Origin: Chryseobacterium gleum
GTDB lineage: Bacteria; Bacteroidota; Bacteroidia; Flavobacteriales_F; PHOS-HE28
Assembly (NCBI GenBank): GCA_945872795.1
Contig: CAMCAZ010000010.1
Location: forward strand, 2,135 to 66,134
DNA: 64,000 bases
Direction: 5' to 3'
Shown piece after piece: positions 10,273 to 18,862 of this stretch. The stretch's first letter is position 1, and each line of letters opens with the position of its first letter. The position numbers and the translations under genes are program-made. The notes under the pieces are model-generated. The model was given only the letters and a program-made list of their open reading frames with translations, was not told the DNA's origin and made no database searches.

Positions 10273-10857
10273 ATGTCCGCCACATTGCTTCATCCGGGTG
10301 ACCGTGTTTCCTTCGTGGATGAGGTGGGAGGTGGAATCATTCTCCAGGTGCTGGGTCATAATATGGTGCGGGTCCGCACGGACGATGGGTTCGAACTGGA
10401 CCGCGCCGCGCGCGGTCTGGTGCGGGTGAGCAGTGAATTGCGTACGGCCTTGGGCAAAGTGAGCGATCATCAGGCCAAACTGATCGCCGCGAACGATACC
10501 TTGGAGGAGAAGCGGGAGAAGCAAAAAGGGGTGCGTCCCGGAAAGACGCCCAAAAAGCCGGAGGACAACAGCGTGGCCGAGGTGGACCTTCACCTGCACG
10601 AACTGCTGGACGACGAGCGGAACCTGAGCGATGGCGAGAAGTTGGAGTTCCAGCTTCGCTATTTCGAACGGGCCTTGGAGTCGGCCATCCGCAATGGCAA
10701 GCGCAAGCTGATCGTCATTCACGGTGTGGGGGAAGGCGTGCTGAGGGAGGAGGTCCGGCGCATGCTTCAGTACTATGACACGGTGCAGTTCCATGATGCG
10801 GATATGCGTCGCTATGGTGTGGGGGCCACGGAGGTGATCATTCACCGCACGCGTTGA
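10273..10857 (+). CDS. Smr (small MutS-related) domain protein
   Basis: C-terminal Smr domain (EVDLHLHEL…KLIVIHGVGEGVLREEV). Confidence 0.75.
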   Translation: MSATLLHPGDRVSFVDEVGGGIILQVLGHNMVRVRTDDGFELDRAARGLVRVSSELRTALGKVSDHQAKLIAANDTLEEKREKQKGVRPGKTPKKPEDNSVAEVDLHLHELLDDERNLSDGEKLEFQLRYFERALESAIRNGKRKLIVIHGVGEGVLREEVRRMLQYYDTVQFHDADMRRYGVGATEVIIHRTR

Positions 10858-10877
10858 GTTCCAGAACGTTCATTGAC

Positions 10878-11276
10878 ATCCTGTGCATCGCTCCATCGTT
10901 CCGGTCCTTTGGGCCGGGGAGGAAAGTCCGGGCAGCTTAGGGTGCCGTGCTTCCTAACGGGAAGGGGCTTCACTGGTGACGGTGACGCCACGGAAAGTGC
11001 CGCAGAAAGGGAGACCGCCGACCCACCGCAAGGTGGAGGTAAGGATGAAAAGGTGGGGTAAGAGCCCACCAGCATGCCGTGCGAGCGGCGTGGCTTGGTA
11101 AACCCCACGGGCTGAAAGACCATGTATACCGGGGCTTCACCGCAAGGTGGATAAGAACGACCCGTTCGATCCCGGAGGGTAGGTCGCTAGATCGTGCCGG
11201 TGACGGTACGGCCAGATAGATGATGGAGATCCGCCGCAAGGTGGATACAGGACCCGGCTTACAGATGCACAGGCTT
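10878..11276 (+). ncRNA. rnpB: RNase P RNA, bacterial type A
   Basis: Universal GGAAAGTCCGGGC motif, P4-region GATGAAAAGGTGGGGTAAGAGCCCACCAG, ACAGGACCCGGCTTACAG near the 3' end, and a P1 helix pairing CCTGTGCATC (10880-89) with GATGCACAGG (11264-73). Confidence 0.85.
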
Positions 11277-11375
11277 TTCTTGAAGGGCTCCCCACACCAT
11301 GGGGGGCCCTTCCTCATTCCTGCTCCGATCATGGAACGGAACTTGAAGTTCGGGCCAAGTACCTTTGGACCTCCG

Positions 11376-12095
11376 ATGCGCCCAGCGATCCGCGTTGCCC
11401 TTTTCCTCCTCCTGCTCCCCTTCATGGCGCGCGCGCAGGAAATGGTCACCATCCATGGCCAGGTGGTGTCCTCCACGCAGGAACGGACGTACTACGACCT
11501 GATGATCGTGAACAAGCGCACCCGGTCGGGCACCTTCGGGAATGCCGATGGGTCCTTTGCGGTGAGCGCCCTGCGCACCGATACGCTGCTGGTGGGTTCC
11601 GTGGGGCATGTCACCCAGTTCATCTGCATGAAGGACAGTCTGCCGAAACCCAGCTACCACGTGACCGTGTATCTGCGGCAGTTGAACGTGCAATTGCGCG
11701 AGGTGGAGATCCTGAGCCCGCGCACGCTGGCCCAGATCCAGAAGGACATCGACAAGCTGGGTTATCGCGAGAGCGACTACCGCATCAGCCAGGTGGACGC
11801 GCTGCAGAGCCCCATCACCTTCCTTTACCAGGAATTCAGCCGGCGTGAACGCAGCAAGCGGCTGGTGGCCCAACTGGAGAACGAGGACCGCAAGCGGGAG
11901 CTGCTCAAGGAACTGCTCCAGAAGTACGTCGAGTATGACATCATCAACCTGAGCGATGAGTCCTTCGATGATTTCATCGACTTCTGCGCGGTGCCCGATG
12001 AGGTGATCAAGGGCCTTACACAGTACGAGTTTCTGCTGTACGTCAAGAAGAAGTATGAGCTGTACTCCTCGCTGGGCCCCACCCGCAGGCATTGA
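11376..12095 (+). CDS. secreted hypothetical protein with CarboxypepD_reg-like N-terminal domain
   Basis: Signal peptide then MVTIHGQVVSS…GTFGNADGSFAV beta-sandwich motif; start placed at MRPAIRV. Confidence 0.5.
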   Translation: MRPAIRVALFLLLLPFMARAQEMVTIHGQVVSSTQERTYYDLMIVNKRTRSGTFGNADGSFAVSALRTDTLLVGSVGHVTQFICMKDSLPKPSYHVTVYLRQLNVQLREVEILSPRTLAQIQKDIDKLGYRESDYRISQVDALQSPITFLYQEFSRRERSKRLVAQLENEDRKRELLKELLQKYVEYDIINLSDESFDDFIDFCAVPDEVIKGLTQYEFLLYVKKKYELYSSLGPTRRH

Positions 12096-12188
12096 GCCCT
12101 GATGGCAGCCAACCGGATGATCGACGGGTCGGTGCAGGGTGCACAGCATCGTCTACGAGCGACGGCGCAGGACCGTACAGGCTGGTGG

Positions 12189-13100
12189 ATGACCCTTCTG
12201 TTCTGTTCGATCGCGCTCGCTGCCCGCGCCCAGCCCGATACCCTGTTCAAGCACATCCAACTGGATGAGGTGGTGATCAGCGCGCGTTCACAGGGCTTCA
12301 GCGTGGCCGACTTCGTACGGCAGGTGCGCACCGACACCACCTTTCACAAGGCCTTCCTGAACACCCGGTACCACCCACACCGGATGCACAGTGCAGTGCG
12401 GGTGCGCAACAAGGGGGAGAAGGAGACGGCCACCATGCAGCGTTCGGGCCGTCTGGTGCGCGAAGGCGAGCGGGCCCGACTGGAATTGGACAGCGTGCAG
12501 GAGACCGGGCGACTGCGCGACCGCAAGGGCGGATTCCGCTTTCTGACCGTGGAGATGTACGATGATGTGTTCTTCCCCAAGGGCACCTTCACGGCGAACA
12601 ATACCGTGGCGTCGCGCAAGCTGGAGCTGGGCCGGGGCAGTCGCTTCGACAAGTACAAGAGCGAACTGAAGAAGTTCATGTTCGACCCGGGCACGGAGAT
12701 CGCCACGGTCCCGTTCATCGGTGACAAGCTGGCCCTGTTCAGCCCGGAGATGGAGCCGCTCTACGACTTCCGCATCTGGAGCGATACCCGCGAGGGACGC
12801 GACTGCTGGGTGTTCAGCGCCGAGGCCAAGCCGGAGTTCCGTGATGGACGCACCGTGATCAAGACCATGGACACCTGGTTTGATCAAGTGAGCGGTGATG
12901 TGATGGCCCGCAACTACCGCATCGCCAGCAGTTCGGTGGTCCTGGATTTCGACATCACCATCCGGGTGCAGAACACCATGGTGAACGGCGCTTTGGTCCC
13001 GGTGAGGGTGGATTATGACGGCGATTGGGACATCCCCTTCAAGAGCCGCGAACTGGTGCGCTTCTACCTGGCCTACAGCGATTGGGAGGTGATGCCCTGA
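12189..13100 (+). CDS. secreted hypothetical protein
   Basis: Signal peptide (MTLLFCSIALAARAQ); no recognisable catalytic motif. Confidence 0.45.
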   Translation: MTLLFCSIALAARAQPDTLFKHIQLDEVVISARSQGFSVADFVRQVRTDTTFHKAFLNTRYHPHRMHSAVRVRNKGEKETATMQRSGRLVREGERARLELDSVQETGRLRDRKGGFRFLTVEMYDDVFFPKGTFTANNTVASRKLELGRGSRFDKYKSELKKFMFDPGTEIATVPFIGDKLALFSPEMEPLYDFRIWSDTREGRDCWVFSAEAKPEFRDGRTVIKTMDTWFDQVSGDVMARNYRIASSSVVLDFDITIRVQNTMVNGALVPVRVDYDGDWDIPFKSRELVRFYLAYSDWEVMP

Positions 13101-13262
13101 GCACGAAAGTGCCAGCCGCCTGCTGCAGCCGGTTTTCTTGCCGACTTCCCACAGGAAAACACCGATACAGGAGTACTACTGCTCATCGAAGCCTTGGATG
13201 AAGTACTGTTCGGACATGGCTTCTGAGGCAGAGCGGCGACAATGGGCCTCAGGTCACTATGG

Positions 13263-14213
13263 TCAGTGCTTGCCATTGGCGGCCAGCCAACGCTCGGCAT
13301 CCAATGCAGCCATACAGCCGGTGCCAGCGCTGGTCACCGCCTGTCGGTAGACCTTGTCCGCGGCATCACCGGCAACAAAGATCCCGGGCACCTTGGTGCT
13401 GGTCCGATCGGCGTCGTGCTTCAGGTAACCGGCCTCATCCATGTCCAGCCACTGTTTGAATATCTCGGTGGCGGGGGTGTGGCCAATGGCGACGAAGAGC
13501 CCCGTGACATCCAGGGTTCGCTCCTCTCCGGTCCTGTTGTTCACGGCCAGAACACCGGTCACGGTCTGGTCACCGAGCACATCCTTCACTTCAGTATTGA
13601 AGAGCACCTCGATGTTGGAGGTGTTCTCCACGCGGTGCACCATGGCCTTGCTGGCCCTGAACTCGTCCTTGCGCACAAGCATGTACACTTTGGGGCAGAG
13701 CTTGGCCAGGTAGGTAGCCTCCTCGCAGGCGGTGTCTCCAGCACCCACAAGGACCACCTCCTGTCCCTTGTAGAAGAAACCGTCGCATACCGCACAGGCG
13801 GTCACGCCACCACCGATATCGCGAAGACGGATCTCGTTGGGCAGTCCCAGCCACTTGGCACTGGCACCGGTACTGATGATCACGGTGTCGGCATGGATCT
13901 CCGTCTTCTCATCCACCCACACCTTGTGGACAGGACCGCTGAAGTCCACCTTGTTCACCCACCCGTTGCGGATATCGGTCTTGAAGCGGAGCGCCTGTTG
14001 TTTCAGGTCCTCCATCATGTCAGGACCACTTCGGCCCTGGGGATAGCCGGGGTAGTTGTCCACCTCGGTGGTCTGGGTGAGCTGTCCACCGGGCAGGGGG
14101 CCTTCGATCATCAACGGCTTCAGGTCTGCACGGGCGGCATAGATGGCGGCGGAGTATCCGGCAGGTCCCGATCCAATGATCAGGCATTTGACGTGTTCGG
14201 GGGTGGTGCTCAT
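13263..14213 (-). CDS. trxB: thioredoxin-disulfide reductase
   Basis: FAD motif GSGPAGYSAA, redox-active CAVCDG, NADPH motif. Confidence 0.9.
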   Translation of the reverse strand: MSTTPEHVKCLIIGSGPAGYSAAIYAARADLKPLMIEGPLPGGQLTQTTEVDNYPGYPQGRSGPDMMEDLKQQALRFKTDIRNGWVNKVDFSGPVHKVWVDEKTEIHADTVIISTGASAKWLGLPNEIRLRDIGGGVTACAVCDGFFYKGQEVVLVGAGDTACEEATYLAKLCPKVYMLVRKDEFRASKAMVHRVENTSNIEVLFNTEVKDVLGDQTVTGVLAVNNRTGEERTLDVTGLFVAIGHTPATEIFKQWLDMDEAGYLKHDADRTSTKVPGIFVAGDAADKVYRQAVTSAGTGCMAALDAERWLAANGKH

Positions 14214-14319
14214 GGCGTTGTTGGGGGCGTAAAGTTAGCCGTGTGCCACGCACGTGGAAGTGACCATGGTTACGGGATGGTTAATACCCCGTGCACGCAG
14301 AACCGCTCTATGGTGGAGC

Positions 14320-15303
14320 TCAGGGCTGGCACACCACGGTGTCCAACACCGGCACGCCCCAGCCGCTCCATACGCCGAGCCCGCCATCGATGTTGCTCAA
14401 CACATTGGCCGGGTTGCTGAATACATCCCCTTGCGAGGCCACGTTGTTCTGGAAGGAGTTGTAGAACAAGAAGGAGGCCCGGTCAAGGCTCACGAGCTTC
14501 ACCACCACCGTGTCGCCACGCTTGAAGTAGCCCCGTTCCTCGTTCTCATCGTCTTCGGCCTCGCTGTAGGGTTGGACGCCGCGGTTGAAGTTGAAGTCGA
14601 AGGACAGGCCATTGACGAATCGGTCCTCAAAAACGGAGAAGAATGGTGCCACAAAACCATCATCCTTGGGGCTTCCGTCCGGACCGGCGTTTATTCGCCT
14701 GGCCAGCCATCGGTAGTGGTTGCCAAGCGAGTCAGGATCGGAAAGACGCGCCCACACGAAGCCCAGCGAGTCGTCATCGGGCTGTTGTTGGGCAAGCCTG
14801 AACCACAACGAATCCAGTGCCACGGCCTGGGGAATGGTGGTGGTCGCCGATAGATCCTTTCCGTCGGCCTGGATGTTCAGCCGGTAGGAACGGCCGGGTT
14901 CGCCGAGCAGCGTTAGTTTGGTCCAGGCGCAAATGTTGGCGTTGGAGAGCAACGTCGCATCCAGGCCGGTGAGCCCGGCGATCAGCGCGATCTGTTCCTC
15001 GGTCAGCTCACCGCTGCACATGCGGTCCAACGGATGGGTGGTGGTGCCATCGAAAATGGACACCGAGGCCTCGTTGACGAAGCTGGCAGCGATGCTGTTG
15101 AGGTCGGTGGGCGCGAAGTAGCTCTGGGTACGCGTGAGGATCACGATCGGTGGAGCACCGGTCTCGATGGTGCCTTCCACGACGATGCGGGGCTCGGTGA
15201 CCGGGAGGTCAACTGTGATCTCCTTCTCGCAGGCGACAAACGCGAATGTCGATGCCAATAGGAGGATGCTGGCTCGGTGTTGGATGAATGCGGCCATGTG
15301 CAT
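14320..15303 (-). CDS. DUF4249-family lipoprotein, partner of the upstream TonB-dependent receptor
   Basis: Lipoprotein signal (…LASTFAFVAC); Ig-like N-terminal domain; 1-bp stop/start junction with the receptor gene. Confidence 0.6.
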   Translation of the reverse strand: MHMAAFIQHRASILLLASTFAFVACEKEITVDLPVTEPRIVVEGTIETGAPPIVILTRTQSYFAPTDLNSIAASFVNEASVSIFDGTTTHPLDRMCSGELTEEQIALIAGLTGLDATLLSNANICAWTKLTLLGEPGRSYRLNIQADGKDLSATTTIPQAVALDSLWFRLAQQQPDDDSLGFVWARLSDPDSLGNHYRWLARRINAGPDGSPKDDGFVAPFFSVFEDRFVNGLSFDFNFNRGVQPYSEAEDDENEERGYFKRGDTVVVKLVSLDRASFLFYNSFQNNVASQGDVFSNPANVLSNIDGGLGVWSGWGVPVLDTVVCQP

Positions 15304-17711
15304 CAGAATTGGAAGTTCCAGGTAACGGACGGCAGGATGGAGAACAGGGAGACCTGTTTGGCCACCACTTGGAACGTGTTCGTTGCCGGGTTGCCCGAGG
15401 CGTCGAAGTAGATGAAGTAGGGGTTCGCCCGATTGTAGGCGTTATAGATGGAGAAGGTCCAGCTGCTTTTCCATCGGCGTGATATCTCCGTGGTCTCCTG
15501 GGTCACCGGGTCGGTCACGGTGCGGGTGGTCCTGTTGTGCAGTGTGGCAGCAAGGTCCAGGCGGTGGTAGGGGACCATGCGGTAGCCGTTCCGTTGGGTG
15601 TACTCGCTCACGACGCGGCCTTCGTAGAAGTAGCGGTTCACGGGCAGCGTCACGGCCTGCCCGGTGGAATAGACGAAGTTGGCGCCGAAGCTCCAGCGCT
15701 TGTTGGGCTCGTAGGCCAGCACCACCTTCAGGTCGTTGCGGCGGTCCCAGCGACTGGGGAATTCCACACCCTCGTTGATGTCGGGAAAAGTGCGCATGGT
15801 CTTGCTCCAGGTGTAGCCCACCCACCCGTTCATATTACCCAGTCGTTTTTTGATGAACAGTTCTGCACCATAGCTGTACCCCTCGCCGAAGATCAGTTGG
15901 GCGTCATAGTTGGTGTTACCGTTGTTGGCCGGTTCGGCGCCCTCGGCGTATTCGATCAGGTTGTCAAAGTCCTTGTAGTACACCTCCACGCTGGTCTCGA
16001 ACAGGCCCTCCATCAGGTCCCGGAAATAGCCGGCGGCATACTGGGTGCCGATCTGGGGACGAACGTTGGTGCTACTGGGGATCCACACATCGGTGGGCAG
16101 CGGAGTGCTGCCGAAGCTGGCCAGGTGCACGTACTGTTGCCCCCGGTTGAAGGACGCCTTGATGCTCCCCTGACGCAGGCGGTAGCGGACAGAGAACCTG
16201 GGCTCGAGAGCGGCGTAGCTGGAGATGGGGCTACCGGGGGCGAATTCCTCCGGTTCACCGGTCGCGCGGCCCGCCTCATCCAGTTCATACAGTTTGAACG
16301 GCCCCACGTGTGCGAAGGTGGTGAGCCGCACACCTGCGTTCAGCCGAAGTTTGTCGGTCACATCGAAGTCGTCCATGACATAGAGCGCGGTCTCGTGGGC
16401 GTGCAGCTTGGGTGGCGTGTCAATGTCGAAATCGGTGTCACCGCTGCTCACGTTCACCGTGCTGGTGGTGTAGACGTGGTAGATGTATTGTCCGCCGTAT
16501 TTCAGGCGATGACGACCGTTGGGATAGTGGGAGAGGTCCACCTTGAGGCTGTAGTCCTTGATGCCACTGAACAGTTCAAAGGCGAACTGGTCCTGGTCGG
16601 CTTGGAAGGCGAACGAGTAGTCGCTGAAGGTGGCCGTGGTGTTCATGAACAGCTTGGGGCCGAACACATGGTTCCATCGCGCGGCGAGGGTGGCATTGCC
16701 CCAGGGGATGCGGAATTTCGGGTCGCCCTCCTGGCTGCCGGAGAAGTCGAAGACATCGCGGCCGAAGTAGCCGCTCAGGAACACCCGGTCCTTGTCGCTA
16801 AAACGGTAGTTCGCTTTCGCGTTCAGGTCATAGAAGTAGTACCCACTGCCCGAGAACGCACTTTCCGGGTTGATGAAGGGTTTGGTGACCACATCGATGT
16901 AGGTGCGCCTGCCGCTCACGATGAACGAGCTGCGGTCCTTCACAATAGGGCCCTCCAGGGTGAGCCGTGAGGAGATGAGCCCGATTCCACCCTGACCATG
17001 GAAGGACTTGTCGTTTCCGTCCTTCATGGTGATGTCCAGTACGGAGGAAATGCGACCTCCGTAATTGGCCGGCATTCCGCCCTTGATCAGTTCGATGTTC
17101 TTCACGGCATCCGCGTTGAACACACTGAAGAAGCCGAAAAGGTGGCTGGCGTTGTAAACAGTAGCCTCATCCAATAGGATCAGGTTCTGGTCCGGCCCCC
17201 CACCACGCACGTAGAACCCGCTATTGCCTTCCCCGTTGCTGGCCACGCCGGGCAGGAGTTGGATCGTCTTCAGGATGTCCACCTCGCCGAGGAACGCGGG
17301 CAGGGTGTTCAGTTTCTGCACGTCGAGTTCCACGGTCCCCATCTGCGTGCCTTCCGTGTTATCCTTCCGCTCGCCCACCACTTCAAATTCCTTGGATAGG
17401 ATGGCTTTCGGAGCGGCATCGATGTTCATCTTCAGATCTCCCTTCACCTCGATGGTCCGGGTCCAATCCTCGTAGCCCACGTAGCTCATGGCCAGCGTGT
17501 AGGTGCCCGGCGCCAGGCTCAGCACGTAATACCCGTAGACGTTGGTGGCCGTGCCACGCATGGTCTCCTTCACGAAGACGTTGGCACCGACCAGGGTCTC
17601 ACCGGTGCTTGCATCGGCCACATAACCGCTCACACTGAAGACCTGTTGAGCCTGGGAAGCCATGGCAAGCAGGCTTAGGGTCAAGGAAAGGACAAACGAA
17701 AGGTGGCGCAT
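15303..17711 (-). CDS. TonB-dependent outer-membrane receptor with N-terminal CarboxypepD_reg domain
   Basis: Signal peptide, CarbopepD_reg fold, plug motif (DILKTIQLLPGV), beta-barrel ending in aromatic residue F. Confidence 0.85.
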   Translation of the reverse strand: MRHLSFVLSLTLSLLAMASQAQQVFSVSGYVADASTGETLVGANVFVKETMRGTATNVYGYYVLSLAPGTYTLAMSYVGYEDWTRTIEVKGDLKMNIDAAPKAILSKEFEVVGERKDNTEGTQMGTVELDVQKLNTLPAFLGEVDILKTIQLLPGVASNGEGNSGFYVRGGGPDQNLILLDEATVYNASHLFGFFSVFNADAVKNIELIKGGMPANYGGRISSVLDITMKDGNDKSFHGQGGIGLISSRLTLEGPIVKDRSSFIVSGRRTYIDVVTKPFINPESAFSGSGYYFYDLNAKANYRFSDKDRVFLSGYFGRDVFDFSGSQEGDPKFRIPWGNATLAARWNHVFGPKLFMNTTATFSDYSFAFQADQDQFAFELFSGIKDYSLKVDLSHYPNGRHRLKYGGQYIYHVYTTSTVNVSSGDTDFDIDTPPKLHAHETALYVMDDFDVTDKLRLNAGVRLTTFAHVGPFKLYELDEAGRATGEPEEFAPGSPISSYAALEPRFSVRYRLRQGSIKASFNRGQQYVHLASFGSTPLPTDVWIPSSTNVRPQIGTQYAAGYFRDLMEGLFETSVEVYYKDFDNLIEYAEGAEPANNGNTNYDAQLIFGEGYSYGAELFIKKRLGNMNGWVGYTWSKTMRTFPDINEGVEFPSRWDRRNDLKVVLAYEPNKRWSFGANFVYSTGQAVTLPVNRYFYEGRVVSEYTQRNGYRMVPYHRLDLAATLHNRTTRTVTDPVTQETTEISRRWKSSWTFSIYNAYNRANPYFIYFDASGNPATNTFQVVAKQVSLFSILPSVTWNFQF

Positions 17712-18165
17712 GAGGACGGACGGGAAAGGAGGCGCAAAGGTATCCTGAGGGTGGTCGGCGACCCTTCCGTTCATCGTAGCGAACGACCATTGGTCCAATT
17801 GATTCAGGGTGATTTCACATTGCGCTGTTGGCAACTCCACGTCGTTCAACAGTGCGGGAACATTGCGGAAACACCCTGTGGCGGAGCTTTGCAGGCATCA
17901 ATCCCTGAGACCATGAACGCCATTCTCCGGAAGTACAGCGCAGGTATCCTCACCACGGTGGTCTATGCGGTGGTGGTCACGTTCGCCATCTGCTGTACCC
18001 TCGGGCTGATCTGAGATCGCCGGGCGTAACCGATGTGCGCTGCACGGGCCCACAAGGGTCTGGTGTTCGGCGGGTTGTTGGCCGTTCAGCGGCGTTCCGT
18101 AAAACTCTCTTGCCGGATGTTCCCGTTCGATCACATCATTTTCTACATTTGCGGCCCTTACGGGC

Positions 18166-18225
18166 TTAACTCAGCCCGGTAGCGCATCCCGCCAAGGTGG
18201 CGGGATGGTCGCAACGAAATGTGGG
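18166..18225 (+). other. degenerate tRNA-like fragment (D-arm and GC hairpin with 5-nt loop, decayed T-arm)
   Basis: Shares AGCCCGGTAGCGCATCCCGC…GCGGGATGGTCGC with the tRNA fragment at 18605; lacks acceptor stem and canonical anticodon loop. Confidence 0.4.
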
Positions 18226-18235
18226 ACAATTTCCT

Positions 18236-18309
18236 CGGGGTGTAGCGCAGCCCGGTAGCGCACTTGCATGGGGTGCAAGTGGTCGCTGGTTCGAATCCAG
18301 TCACCCCGA
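18236..18309 (+). tRNA. tRNA-Pro (anticodon GGG)
   Basis: Manual fold: acceptor CGGGGTG/CACCCCG, U8, D-arm GCGC-AGCCCGGTA-GCGC, anticodon stem CTTGC/GCAAG with loop ATGGGGT (U33, GGG, G37), T-arm GCTGG-TTCGAAT-CCAGT, discriminator A; no encoded CCA. Confidence 0.8.
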
Positions 18310-18361
18310 CTGGCTGATACAAGAAGGCCGTTCTCCCCGGAGAGCGGCCTTCTGCATTTCC
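18281..18361 (+). repeat. 81-bp direct repeat, copy 1 (tRNA T-arm and 3' acceptor plus downstream terminator-like hairpin)
   Basis: Matches 18641-18721 with a single mismatch; contains hairpin AAGGCCGTTCTCCCCGGAGAGCGGCCTT. Confidence 0.9.
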
Positions 18362-18369
18362 GAACGCTG

Positions 18370-18618
18370 GTGCATTTCTACATCCTTCATTCCGCCATCC
18401 TGGATCGATACTACTTGGGCCACACCAGCGAGGCGTTGGATGAACGGTTGCGCAAGCATTTGAGCGCCCACAGCGGCTGGACGGCCCGGGCCAAGGACTG
18501 GCGCCTGGTCCACCATGAGCTATTTGCCACGAAGAGTGAAGCCTATCGGCGTGAACTGGAGGTGAAGGGCTGGAAGAGCAGACCACGGCTTGAGGCCTTG
18601 ATCGGCGCAGCCCGGTAG
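18370..18618 (+). CDS. GIY-YIG nuclease superfamily protein (small stand-alone URI domain, ~82 aa)
   Basis: GIY-YIG motifs HFYILHS…RYYLGHT…RLRKH…; conserved downstream E in ATKSEAYRRE; GTG start; stop codon lies inside the D-loop of the downstream tRNA fragment. Confidence 0.75.
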   Translation: MHFYILHSAILDRYYLGHTSEALDERLRKHLSAHSGWTARAKDWRLVHHELFATKSEAYRRELEVKGWKSRPRLEALIGAAR

Positions 18619-18721
18619 CGCATCCCGCTTTGGGCGGGATGGTCGCTGGTTCGAATCCAGTCACCCCGACTGGCTGATACAAGAAGGCTGTTCTCCCCGG
18701 AGAGCGGCCTTCTGCATTTCC
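18605..18721 (+). repeat. 5'-truncated tRNA-like 3' fragment plus 81-bp direct repeat copy 2
   Basis: D-arm through 3' acceptor present but no 5' acceptor strand; 18641-18721 duplicates 18281-18361. Confidence 0.85.
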
Positions 18722-18862
18722 AGGCAGCAAGCGACGAACATGATCGACCAACAGGAGCTCATGCTCAGCGCCAAGTGGTAACAGGGGGCCATCGGTGGGA
18801 TAAGTTGTGGGGCCTCCCGAGGGCCACAGTTCTACCTTTGTGCTACCCACGCTCGTGAACTC

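Noticed and set aside
10842-11476. Three ORFs (93, 62 and 168 aa) overlapping the RNase P RNA locus
   Set aside because: The region carries the universal RNase P RNA motifs and a P1 helix. The ORFs are frame artefacts.
17913-18014. 33-codon hydrophobic ORF (MNAILRKYSAGILTTVVYAVVVTFAICCTLGLI) between the TonB-dependent receptor and the tRNA cluster
   Set aside because: Single TM helix and a plausible ATG, but no ribosome-binding context or conservation evidence is available from the sequence alone. Left unannotated.
18166-18225. Upstream tRNA-like fragment as a functional tRNA gene
   Set aside because: No acceptor stem can be formed. The anticodon arm has a 5-nt loop, and the T-arm has diverged (GCAACGAAATGTGGG).
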